Positions 1 to 11,175 are shown, counted from the stretch's first letter. The stretch is 64,000 nt of DNA from Flaccisagitta enflata (GCA_965153355.1 OZ231126.1:43772001-43836000), one strand, 5' to 3'. The notes: generated by a model from the sequence alone, not told the origin. Numbers and translations: made by a program.

Positions 1-310
1 AGAGTGAAAGAATGAAAAGAAGAATAGAAAGAAGAAAGAAAAGAAAGAAAGAAAGAAAGAAAAAAAGAAAGAAAGAAAGAAAGTTAGAAAGAAAGAATGA
101 AAGAACGAAGGGAAAAGAAGAACCAACCAACCAACAAAAAACATCAAACATACAAAGAAACAAAGAAACAAACAATCAATGAGTGAGAGAAAGAAGGGTA
201 AAACAAAAACAAACCTGCTTACAAGTAAAAAAAAAATCATATTGACACAATGACACACAAACAAACAAAAAAATATTTCATGAGTTTTTTTGTTTGTTTT
301 TTTTCAACAG

Positions 311-457
311 GCGAGCGACGACGGTGGTTGGGTGATCAGTTCGGCGAATGGTGGTCGCGCCATCGACGTGCCTAACTATTCTACGGATCAAGGATGCAAC
401 TTGAATTTGTGGGAAAAGCACGGAGGCGAAAATCAAGTCTTTTACGCGGAATCATGA
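311..457 (+). CDS. Terminal exon of a ricin-B (beta-trefoil) lectin-like protein; upstream exons lie outside the window
   Basis: Polypyrimidine tract plus caacAG acceptor ending at 310. The exon reads ASDDGGWVISSANGGRAIDVPNYSTDQGCNLNLWEKHGGENQVFYAES*, which matches the ricin-type subdomain pattern (G+.lDV...st..G..l.lW...gg.NQ.W/F). Confidence 0.75.
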   Translation, partial: ASDDGGWVISSANGGRAIDVPNYSTDQGCNLNLWEKHGGENQVFYAES

Positions 458-747
458 GAGATATTCAGAGATTTAAGAGAACAAATATTGATACATGCTT
501 TCATTAATCAATTTGTCAACGCCGATTCTTTCTTTTCTTATTTACTTTTATGCATTTTTTGTGGTTTTTTTTTCATGCCATTCTGGGATTCTTTGATGAT
601 AATGATGATATCTTTTTTAATGATTTAGTCGAAGCAAAAAAATCTAAATAATATTTCAGGGAAAAGTTTTTTTGCTGATTCTGTTTGTTAAGATACGCTT
701 ATTCTTGTTGAAAAAAAAAAACAATCACTGATATCATTTTGAATATA

Positions 748-1309
748 CAGTATGATCCATCTCGACTGTAACATTTCGTGACGACATTGCTAAAAACGTA
801 ATAGAGATAATTTGATTCTGAAAAAAATATATGAAAAGTAACTGCTTGGCATTTTATGAAAAAGCATTTCTCAGGATTTTCTACCAAATTTTAGTGCCTT
901 TTACATAGAAGAGACTTTATGGCAAATTATACTAAAAAAGGTTATTTTTCTCTCTTTTTTTCAATAAACTGTATCCAATTGTGATTTTTTCTCATGTATG
1001 TCACAAACTAGATCAATAAGCTTTATATTTGAGACCTATCTGACATCAAAAGCCAAAAGCTATCAGAAAATTAAAGCAATGTCAAAAAAACATTTTTTTG
1101 ATAAAGTGATAAAATAGTATGTTTTGTAAAGTGTGATATTTGTTTAATTATATATTTAGGGGATTAGATATCCTTGAAAAGTCCTGGACACCTATTATCA
1201 TAAAATGCCAAACCGATACCTATCAGAGACTTTTTTCAGATTTGGATTATCTTTATTAGTTTTGGAGTTATGCCGTCATAAAATGTTACAATCGAGATGA
1301 ATCATACTG
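748..1309. mobile_element. Tc1/mariner-type MITE
   Basis: Imperfect TIRs cagtatgatccatctcgactgtaacattt... / ...aaatgttacaatcgagatgaatcatactg, with TA on both flanks. Confidence 0.85.
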
Positions 1310-1714
1310 TATTTTAAATGATCACCAACGCGATCAATTTGAGCAATTCAAACAAAACCAAAAGGATTCCTTGAAAAAAATCATTGTCATTAGAAATAAG
1401 GCAGATTTTACGAAATGGCTAGCTGTTTAACCCATCTTTTGTCCTTCTCTATCAGTCAGGGTTTGCGAGGCACTTTCATTCACTTTAGGTTTTAGTTATG
1501 AATATTTTACCACTAATCATTGTTGGCAACTAAAACAATTGAGTCAAAGACGTTTGACTCGTTCAAAATTCTCACTGCAACAGGGAGCCCACGAAATGAA
1601 TGAAGTTCATTGTGCTAATTAACACCTCAACTATTAATTGATAGTAAAAACCAATCGCCCAAACACGAATGCGAACAAAGACAGTGAAATACATGATCAA
1701 CTTCATTTAAAAAA

Positions 1715-2041
1715 TCAAAGATAGATTTTCCTTTTGTTTCCAATCCGTTTTCGGCAGATATGACACAAATAAATCTTTTCCGCGCACTCGAAACACGACA
1801 AATCCCCGCATTCAAAGGCGCAGTCGATCGGCTTCTCCAAACAAATCCCACATTCCAACAACGGAGAATGATGGGACGTTTGCCGCGTGGCGACGCCCGA
1901 CGGAGACTTGGCCGACGCTTTTCTCGCCGCGGTGGACGCGGTTAATGTCGCTTCAGTCATGGCAGATTCGACCGCCGCAATCACATCCGCGACTGCTTCG
2001 TCGTCCCAACTTCCTTCTGCTTGACAACGACGGTTATCGGA
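1715..2041 (-). CDS. C-terminal RING-finger segment (Mind-bomb/IAP-type RING spacing) of the LRR-filamin-RING gene
   Basis: LECGICLEKPIDCAFECGDLSCFECAEKIYLCHICRKRIGNKRKIYL*; the expected His ligand is Asp. Confidence 0.8.
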   Translation of the reverse strand, partial: SDNRRCQAEGSWDDEAVADVIAAVESAMTEATLTASTAARKASAKSPSGVATRQTSHHSPLLECGICLEKPIDCAFECGDLSCFECAEKIYLCHICRKRIGNKRKIYL

Positions 2042-5000
2042 CACTGTGCTTTTAAAACAATTCTGAGTGAAACGTCATATAACTGTGGGTTTTTCAGCAT
2101 TTTTGAGCAGTATTGGGGTGTGAGAGCATGTAACTAGCAAAAACAAAATCATTCCCTGAGCGCTTTTTGAATAATCTGCAAAATAGAAGAACCTTCAAAA
2201 TCAGAAAAAAATAGTCCTAATTTCAATGCAGATTCTTCTAAGATGTGTTGACTAAATTTCTGATTCTATATTGTTAATCTATGCAAAATTCCCTTTCATT
2301 TGATAGGTCGCACTCTATACTTTTGCAAAGAATTAAAATTTTTATTTTTTGAGTCACCGTTACAAAAAAGTAACGGTGGCTCAAAATATGAAAACCTAAT
2401 TTCTATATAAAACCATATAGTGTGACCTATCAAATGAAAGGAAATTTTGTATAGAATATCAATATGGAATCAAAAAATGAGCCAATACAACTTATTAGAA
2501 TCTGCATTACAAATAGGTTTAATTTTCTTCTATTTTGCAGATTATTCAAAAAGCGCTCGGGGAATGATTTTATTTTTGCTAGTTACATGCTCTAACATCC
2601 CAATACTGCTCAAAAATGCAGAAAAACCCACAGTTATATGACTTTCCACTGAGAATTTTTTTAAAAGCACAGTGCGGAGCTTATGTTGGGTTGATTTACG
2701 CTATTAGAGTCGAATGATGGTTCACTCGAATTGAGATCATTTTGTTCTTCGGGATCAATGGATAGGTCACCAAACAGAGAGTTCAGCCAAGGAGGGCTCG
2801 ATGCCTCATTTTCCGGCATCATTTCCATTGGGGGCGCGGTTGGAGTGATCTCATTCGACCAAAGTCTTCGTCGAAGAGGTGAGATGTACGACAATGAAGT
2901 GGATGATGAGGAAGGCGATGGCGACGACAATGGTGACTCTGGTGGCGATGGAGATTGGCTGATGAGTGGCAGATGAATGGCAGACCGGAATGGCAACGTT
3001 CTTGGAGGAATTTGAAGCGAGGAATAGATTGAGAACGTTTCCGAGGAAGTGGAAGATATGGATGACGATGGCGACTGCGATGGAGCAGATGGAAGTCTCG
3101 TAGGTGAGCGCTGCGAAAATGGCGGTGGTCGCGGCGGAAGTTGACAACGTGCGGTTAATGGCGGCAGTGGTGGGCGATGTGGGGAAGATGGTGGCGAGGA
3201 TGTCTGAGTTGCCGATACCGATGCCAATGATAATGTGGATATTGTTGATGCCAAGGAATACACCGATCGATTTGACATTTGTGATGACAAAGAGTCTGTT
3301 GACGTTGCTGATCTCGAGGATGACACCGATAGATTGGATGTTTGTGATGACAAAGACTTTGACGTTGTTATGTGCGGCGGAGACACCGAGTTAGACGCCG
3401 ATGGAAGAGACGAAATCAGGGCGAATTCACCTCGATTTCGGGTTATTTTCACGTGATAAGGGCTCCCGGGAACGTGGAGTCCGGACCATTTGACTTGAAT
3501 GATGTAGTCGCCGGATTCCGTTGGTTTATATAGGCACAAAATGTTTCTTCTCCAACCAAAAGTGTTACTCTCAAATTTATTCATTTTCACCGTTAATGCC
3601 CCCATGGGACCTTTGACATTAACGGTCAGTTTACCGTCTCCCGCGCCCGTTGTTTCGCACGAAAATTTACCTTCAAAGACTGGTAGATATCCGTCTTCCA
3701 GCCCTGGTCCACTGGCTTTGACCTTGGAGGCATTGGCAGATGACGGCGTCCAAAACAGGGTCGAGGCTAACGTCGACGAAGGGTTGGAAGGGAGTTGATG
3801 TGATGAGGAAATGGAAGAAGAAGCAGACATTGTTGATGGTCGAGGCAGTGATGGTGGAGGTGGTGGTGGTGGGGGTGGTGGTGGTGGTGCAGGTGGTGGT
3901 GGCGGTGGTGGCGGTGGTGGTGCAAGCGACTTGGTGAATGATAATGATGAAGATGATTCGGGAGATGAACGTTTTTTTAGAGGAGTTGAAGATTTTGTCA
4001 CAGGAGGTGGTTGTGTTGGTTTGGACGGAAGCAAGCGAGATTTTAGGGTGGAAGCTGAGGCTTCTTCTTTACCGCTGATTTGGCAAGATGGTTTGATCAC
4101 GGTTTGATGCACGGGACGAAAGCTCAAACCAAACCTCGAAGATGGCATCACATGGTCATGGTCAACGGAATGGTTAGGAAAAGGATCGGCGTGATCGACG
4201 GATTCATTGGTTAACGGATGTGGATGATCGAGGGAATGGTTGGGTGATGTAGGTGGACCATCTGAATGATTTTGTTGACACAAAGGTTTATCACGATTTA
4301 CATGACGTCGAAGATATTTTGCATAGATTGCCTCGGGAGAATATCTCAACGGGTTGTTGCCAAGAAAAACACTAACTGGATTCACATCATTAACCTTGGG
4401 GACAAAAAAAATGGCGGATTTTTGAAACCTTTCTTTTGAACCATAACGCGATAGAACGTATGAAAAATGGATTAAAATTGGTGATGCCTGTAAAGCCCTT
4501 CGAAAGATCTTTCATTTGAGTCGTGTCTGGTATCTGAAGCTTTATTCATTTAGAAATGGCATAGGTTTGAAGAAAAATATCACCGATTGGAAAAAGGGCA
4601 AATATTGTCTTTTTTTCGATTAGCAATTTTTGACTCAAAGTCTTTCTTAATAATGCAATTCAGAATTGTCACAGCTACTTGATATCCATGAGCAAATTAA
4701 AGAGCTTCGAATTTTCTTCAAAATGGCGTCAAGAATAAATTTTTTACTCAATGCGTTTAGTTTCTATGTTTCAACAAACAAAAACATGCAAATCCTATAG
4801 TGAATTCTCAAATTCCAGACAACCTGTCTTCATCCCAATGCCATTTCTAAACGAAAAAAGCTAGGACAACCAGCAACGTCTCATTTGAAAGATCTTTCGC
4901 AGAGCTTCAAAATGGTCACCGATTTTTTATAGTTTCATTCAATTTAAGGGAGATAGAGTTAGTTTTCCAAAATCCGCCATTTTTTATGTCCCCAAGGTTA

Positions 5001-5911
5001 CCAACCAAAACACAGCGTAAGTTGCCAATCTGACCTCCCGCAATAAAAAAGTCGATGACGGGTTCTAGCGGAATTTCCGTGATTTTGTTGTTTTCCAAGT
5101 CAACGAAGATTTTCGTTTGCGGGAATGACTTCTTCTGAATTCGTCCAGGAAAGAGAAATGATGGAGGCAGAGACTCGATGGAGCAGTCTGTTGCCATCAA
5201 AATCTGCAGAAAAGACCTCTCTGGAAGATCCGGCAATTGGCGCAACCCTAACGGAGCGTACATAATGATAGAGTGAAGAAGGCAAAAAAAACTTCTAGTT
5301 CTAGGTATAGCGTAAGAAATTTTACTAGTAGACTTTATCAGAAACATGTTTACAACATTTTGTCTATTTTGCACGATGTCTAAGTACTGACCTGTATTTC
5401 CCGAAACATAAACTTCCTTTAATCGATGAGAAAATAAGTTTTCCGGTAGCGACCGCAAATCACACTGGGATACGTTTAGGTACCATAGATGCACTCCTAG
5501 ACTGACACTTGGATAATCATTGACGATAGATTGCAGATATTTGTTACGATTGAGATAGATTTTGGCGAGCCACAAATTGTGGTACCAAAAACTCGGCTGA
5601 ATCAACCTCAAATCATTTCCAGTCAAGCTAATGACTTGGACAGCCGATAATTGAACCATCCATTCCGGGATAACGTCAAATTTGCAGTTTTTGGCGTCCA
5701 CCATCAAGACTCCAGACAGTTTCTCCACACCTTCGATTAATTTTATGGGTGTTTCATCCAAATGAAGCTGTTTGACGTTAGCTAGAGAATCTCCCTCCGC
5801 GTCGATAGTAATTTTGGACGGTGTAACACCGCTGTCCAAAACAGCCGAAATATAAAGATGTTCATTGTACATCAAATCTTGGATATTTTGCTCTGTGATT
5901 GAAATCGCCAT
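1715..5911 (-). CDS. LRR + proline/serine-rich + filamin repeat + C-terminal RING protein (putative E3 ligase), interrupted by two MITEs; may be a pseudogene
   Basis: The ORFs 4916-5911 (LRRs), 2661-4385 (poly-Pro, filamin repeat ...KWSGLHVPGSPYHV) and 1715-2044 (RING CGIC...CFEC...CHICR) join in frame when 4393-4998 plus TA and 2042-2674 plus CGGA are removed. The junctions read RCVLVGN|DVNPVSVFLGNNP and QPNISS|DNRRCQ, giving 984 codons. There is a probable in-frame GT-AG intron at 5248-5391. Confidence 0.75.
2042..2674. mobile_element. Palindromic MITE with CACTGTG...CACAGTG ends and a 4-bp TSD (Chapaev/CMC-like)
   Basis: The element is an inverted repeat over nearly its whole length. CGGA is present on both sides (2038-2041 and 2675-2678). 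Confidence 0.9.
2675..4392 (-). CDS. Middle segment (Pro/Ser-rich plus filamin/ABP280 repeat) of the LRR-filamin-RING gene
   Basis: 574-aa ORF containing ASKVKASGPGLEDG...FSCETTGAGDGKLTVNVKGP...YKPTESGDYIIQVKWSGLHVPGSPYHV, a filamin Ig-like repeat. Confidence 0.8.
4393..4998. mobile_element. MITE (TA-flanked, or piggyBac-like with TTAA/TTAC flanks)
   Basis: TIRs accttggggacaaaaaaaatggcggattt / aaatccgccattttttatgtccccaaggt, with further internal inverted arms (gaaagatctttc, catttgag). Flanks are TTAA on the left and TTAC on the right. Confidence 0.88.
4999..5911 (-). CDS. N-terminal leucine-rich-repeat segment of the LRR-filamin-RING gene
   Basis: Repeated LxxLxLxxN-type motifs (VKQLHLDETPI, VQVISLTGNDL, LWYLNVSQCDLRSLP, VDLENNKITEIP). 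Probable 144-nt intron at 5248-5391 (g|gtcagt...ttag|). Confidence 0.8.
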
Positions 5912-6514
5912 TTTTTATCATAGGGACGATAATGAAAAACTCGTTGTATTGGAGATTCCAAAATTGTTTTCGACAACCAAATTCCAAAGCAGAGGAGTCA
6001 AAACATATTCTTGCATAACCGGTTTTTTTTTTAAATTTGAACTTCAAAGTTCTCTTTTTGGGCATCGGTTCTGAGGGGAACAACATCCTGAAGAACGTAA
6101 TGAGACTTCTGTTTGTCAGTCTGACCGTCTGTCCTCAAGTTTGTTTGCATCTCCGATCATTCATGCCTCTGTATCACAGCGCGATACATGCCATGCCTCT
6201 CAAGCCTCAAATCAGCCTTCAATGCAATGGTGTGTTGTTTCAAAGCCGAATCAACAGTCATTTGTTTTTCTTTCCTGTTGCCCATTCTCCTGTTTCTAAA
6301 AATGGGTGCTGCTCCCTTAGGCCTTCAAATGTTCATTTGATTTTTAGTCGCGTTCGCGAAACCCAATAGTGATAAGTGTTACTAATGCCGAAGAAAAAAC
6401 CGGCTTCCCAACTCGCGTTGGGGTGGGCAGGTGTCAGGGGCAGAGATGAAATAGGCTAACTATGCATTTGGACAGGAACAGCAATAATAACCGTCCGTTA
6501 ACGCCCAAAAAGTA

Positions 6515-7073
6515 AACAGGTCACCCAAGGGCGCTAGGGCAATATGTGGTCAGCGATACCCGTTGCCCTGCTTTGCATGGTTGTGAATAGGAATGAGAGG
6601 AAGCAGGGCAGCGGCCTCAAAGGGAGATTTTTGATTGTTCGTCCATTTGTTCATCCGTCTGTTTGTCCGTCTGTCCATCCCCCCAGGCCCTCTCAGGCCT
6701 GAAATCTGTCCTCTCAGCTCAGACCTGAAATCTACCCTCTTAGTCCTGAAATCTGTCCTCGCAGGCCTTGAATCTGAGAGGGCAGATTTAAGGCCTTGGA
6801 GGACAGGTTTCAGGCCCGAGAGGACAGATTTCAGGTCTGAGAGGGCAGATTTAAAGCCTGAGAGGGCAAATTTCAGGCCTGAGAGGGCAAAGTTCCGGCC
6901 TGAGAGGGCAGATTTCAGGCTTGAGAGGGCAGAGTTCAGGCCTGGGAGGGCGGGTTTCAGGCCTGAGGGCCTAGGGGGACTAACAAACAAACCAACAAAC
7001 AAATGGACAAACGAACAAAATGTCCCCTGTGTTCTACAGGACTTCGTTCCCTCCGGGGCCGCTGCCCAAAAAA
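6515..7073. mobile_element. Dispersed repeat family A (asymmetric inverted repeats with an internal 20-21-bp minisatellite; Helentron/DINE-like)
   Basis: Shared ends (ggtcagcgatacccgttgccctgc...gcagggcagcggcc / ctacaggac...ggggccgctgcccaaaa) and tandem aggcctgagagggcagatttc units. Related copies lie near 8445-8910, 15557-15965, 22163-22400, 30159-30811, 54520-55120 and 55690-55810. Confidence 0.75.
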
Positions 7074-8062
7074 GTAATGTCCGACCGACTGACGAACAGA
7101 CAGATCTGGTGACAGGGCCAATGAGAGCCTTTGACCGGCCCTAATCTGACCACCGACCAAATGTTCTTTCCATATCAAGGTAGAATTCAATGAAGAACAA
7201 ATTCCTTACATTACATTCGATTTAACGTTTTAACCATAGTTACATACTTTTTGGTGGAATAAGAAATATCATGACCTTTGGTCCGTTTGTCCGTAAGTGC
7301 ATCTGTCTGACTCGTTTTCGTTAAAACCATCAAAAACAAAATCATCGATTTTCTTCGTTTCTTTTAGCATCACATCCGTCTACTCAACCATCGCTTTTCA
7401 TTATTCGTTCATCAAATCATTCACTCAATGATTAATACATTCTCATTCCGCGAGGCACACAAATTACAAAGGAAGTCTTTTAAGTGGACCGAGTCATGGA
7501 CCTCAAGATCGTGGATTGGCTTTGCAATATCTAAGTCTATGATAATTGCTCACTGATGTCCGCATTAGTCATACAAATGACTAACCACCCATTTCTGAAG
7601 AAAGAATGATCCGTGAGCAACAACAACAACAACAACAACAGCAACAGCATGTATGCAACAGCGTACAACCACACCCAGCGGCACAATTATAACCAACACA
7701 ACAACAGCAACAACAACAGCAACAACCAACAGCAGCAACAGCAACAACAACAACAGCAACAACAATAACAACAACAGCAACGCAGACCGCAACGCAACAA
7801 CCTCGTTAACCGAACCGCATCGTTTTTAGTCGCGGACCCGCAACTCTATAACCGTGTCGGTCGGTCAGTATGTCGGTCCCGGTCGATCCGTCACATTTTT
7901 GAAATGCGAGCGGTTTTTGCATAACTGCTCCTGCCCAACCGTCTGCGACTGTCTCGCCGTGTATCCGGCCATGTTTGAGTGTGCTTTATTTCTCCACTCA
8001 TTAAAGCATCGATGTAAACCTAATTAGCAATTTCATGCCCTCTTACGATCTTATCCTGTATT

Positions 8063-8063
<1 letters not shown>

Positions 8064-8157
<94 letters not shown>

Positions 8158-8162
8158 CTCTC
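8064..8162. repeat. (CT)n microsatellite
   Basis: Pure CT run. Similar runs occur at about 13331-13422, 14880-14931, 35615-35831, 36960-37055, 43181-43291 and 49239-49378. Confidence 0.95.
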
Positions 8163-9600
8163 TCACATAAACACGCATCTCGATCCCAGGTGATCAGAAG
8201 GATACTACCGCTCATGTGGATTTTCGGACGGTTTGAGGAAAGGAAGAAGAAACGATGAAGAAGAAGAAGAAGAAGAAGAAGGAAAAGATAAGAAGAAGAA
8301 AAAAGAAAAGAAAAGAAGAAGAAGAAAAGAAGATAAAATAAAAAAGAAGAAAAGAAAAGAACAAGAAAACAGAAGAAAGAAGAAAGAGAAGAAGAAGAAG
8401 AAGAAGAAGAAGAAGAAGAAGAAGATGAAAAACTTAAAAAAAAGTCATCAAGGATCGCACATGGTCATTGGTCAGCAATTGATACCCTGCTTGGATTGAT
8501 TAACTGAAAGTGGAGTGAGAGCAGGGGCAGCCGGCCCAATGGGCCGATATTCTGTGGATACAGGTGAATTTCCATACATCTGGAGAGGGCATATTTGAAG
8601 CTTTGTAGCGTTACTATGATATTGGTGGAGATTGTGGTTTAATTCTTTCAATTTACGTTATTCAATGGGAATATTACACATTTTTTCAGTTTTCATATTG
8701 TTTAATGGAAACATGCATGTTTTGGTTTTGTTTTTTTTGTTTTATAAGTTTCACGTCATTCAATGGGAGTTTGTCTTGTCAATTTCATGTTATTCAAAAT
8801 TTGAAGCTTAGGAACCTCAGGGCGGACGTATAGACGGAAGGACGTACGAACATAAGGAAATTCACCCCTGTGTCCTACAGGACATCGGCCCTTTGGGGCC
8901 GCTGCCCAAATAGTAAGGTGAAGATGAATAAGGAGCGGATCTGACGAGTCGTTTGATGATGAAGCAATGAAGCTCGCTTTCTTTTTTTCAAGCTTTCAAC
9001 TGAGTCGAATCGAAGTGTGTGGATGGGATTGCGTTTTTTCTTAACTGGGGAGTGTTTCCCGGCTTTTAATCCCAATTCTTAATGATAGAAAATAGTTTTT
9101 AAGTCAGAATTAAAAACTTGGGAAATAAAAATCAAAGAAAAAAACGCCGCATATTAATTTCCATCTGTAGAAAGCACTTCGCCTGACTGCTTCCAAAGAA
9201 TTAACTCCATCGTTATTCTTTTCTTCGTCAAAAAGAAGAAGAAAAAACGACGGTAATAAGTAAAAGAAACAAAGACAAAACAAGGGATATACGAATAAAA
9301 CTCCTGAAAGAGACGAATCTGAAAAAAAACGATATCCTAACAAGTAATAAAAACGGACGCGAAGAAGCAATCCATTTGAAGAACATTAAATTTACTTGAC
9401 ACGGGGAAAAACAATTCTGAAAGGTAAGGGAAAAAGAAAAGAAGAAAGGTGTGGCAAAATAAAAAAAGAAAGAAGAAAGAATATTACGCGTGCAACGTAG
9501 ACGGCAGCGACTGAGTAATCGAGTAATCTGATACACAAATACAACACCATTATGTGTGTTTAGTTTTATGGATCAATGTGATGTGCGTGCTCGTGACTGT

Positions 9601-9746
9601 GGGGGCGTTTCTAGTCAAAGACGATCGCGTTTTGAACGGGTCACTCGGTCGCTCGTTACATTCATTCACTCGCACGGCTCACTCCGCTCACTGTTATCGC
9701 GTTTCACGGGAACAAACGCGTTCTTGGCGCTCACTAGAAACACGCC
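9601..9746. mobile_element. Short MITE, family C (4-bp TSD)
   Basis: Ends gggggcgtttctagt / actagaaacacgcc, flanked by CTGT on both sides. A longer copy lies in reverse orientation at 44398-44656. Confidence 0.75.
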
Positions 9747-9881
9747 CTGTGTGGTTGCAAATTGCTGGCACGTGCCTCCAAGTTTGATTCTTGGTTGCCT
9801 TACCGGTATACTCATTTTTCTTCATCAGCCATATGGGTTTTTCTATTTTGTTATTTTTTTAGTTACTGAAACATGAATGTT

Positions 9882-9913
<32 letters not shown>

Positions 9914-10212
9914 GAGACAGAATTGAAGAGAGACAGACAAATTGAAAACGCGGACAAGACTCGAAAGATAGCTCCTTACGCGGACTGACATGGATATGGA
10001 CATTGGACAGACAGACAAACAGACAAACAAACTAGAGAGAGAGAGAGAGAGAGAGCGTGTGTGTGTGTTGTGCACGTAAGCGTGACTGTTACTGTTACCG
10101 AGGAGGTGAAGTTTGAATCGAGCTCGACTCACGAAATTGCAAAAATTGATTCTTTTGAGGTGAAAACGGAAAAAAAAATGAGCAACGAAAATTTTGTGGA
10201 GAATTGTTTATT

Positions 10213-10365
10213 TTTAGTCGCGTGCACGCGACTCTACACCCCGCTTTGTCGGTCTGTCCGTCCGTCCGTCGGTCCGTCCGTCACACATCACTTTTTCTGT
10301 TTTTTCTCAATTACAGCCCCTGCCCACCTGCACGCGACTGGGGTAGCCGTGTATCCGGCCTTGTT
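10213..10365 (+). mobile_element. Repeat family B: DINE-1/HINE-like non-autonomous Helentron
   Basis: T-run, then agtcgcgtgcacgcgact (subterminal repeat plus its inverse), a GTCC/GTCG microsatellite, a second gcacgcgact, a 3' stem-loop gccgtgtatccggc and cttgtt. About 20 copies in the window, e.g. 7826, 18531, 26290, 30015, 37183, 37493, 40238, 45745, 46357, 49426, 51047, 58413 and 63630. Confidence 0.75.
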
Positions 10366-11175
10366 TTCTGACGCTTGAGTGGGTTGCTGGTTTTGTTTCC
10401 CTCTGACTCTGTGAGTCTACAACTGCCTTAGTCAGTCAGATTTTCTAAAACGTTTTGCTTTTTTAGTATATATCCTCTCGTGAGCAATTTATGGATGATT
10501 TCTTTGATTTCTTAACATTCTATAGATTGATTGGTCGATTGATGGACTGATTGATTGATTTATTGATTGCTTTTTTTTACTGATCAATTGATTGAACATG
10601 AATGACTTGAGTATTGATTAAATGGATTAAGCTTTGATTGAATGAAATAAGTATCGATTGAATAAATTATTGATTGATTTTTTCATTAGATAAATGATAG
10701 TTTAAAGACGAGAAAAAAAGTAATATAAATCGGTTGCCCGGTTGAGAGATTGATCTTGAATATTGTATGTATAAGTCATTTTTGTTTGCCTGATGGGTTC
10801 ATATAGTGCATAAGGAAGACGAATGATGCCATTGCATTCTCCCTTTTGGTTGTCATGAGCATTACGGAAACTTTGTTTATATATGACCATATCATCGTTG
10901 AAGTTGACAGTTTGTATGTCGTCAGACTATCAGTATCAGCAGTATTGGATATCGATGCGGTTGGAACGAAGTCGTCGTCGAAATGGTTAAAAAAAAATGT
11001 GAGGTGATGAATTTCGTTGGAATTGGCTCCCGATCCTTTTCTGATCAGACAGCCTCTATACACTAAATTCGTTTGCATAAATTTTGAGTGATAATTTTCC
11101 CTCATAGTTTAATTGCTCATTGTCAATATGACCAATAATCCTTTCAAACTTTTACAGAGGCGATGATATTTTAGT

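Noticed and set aside
2042-2674. CACAGTG as a V(D)J recombination signal heptamer (also at 32724-32730)
   Set aside because: Read inward from the element ends, the sequence is CACTGTG or CACTAAG, and no ACAAAAACC-like nonamer follows at 12 or 23 bp. Transposon termini explain it better.
5862-6086. Upstream ORF that would extend the LRR gene if the A6 run before the ATG at 5911 were one base shorter
   Set aside because: There is no recognisable domain, and this cannot be distinguished from chance without reads.
6550-7144. ORFs with repeated SALSGLK / RPERADF heptads (also 15605-15856, 30366-30698)
   Set aside because: These are translations of the family A 21-bp minisatellite, not proteins.
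10776-11105. 109-aa minus-strand ORF in unique sequence
   Set aside because: No domain, no convincing splice sites and no coding bias.
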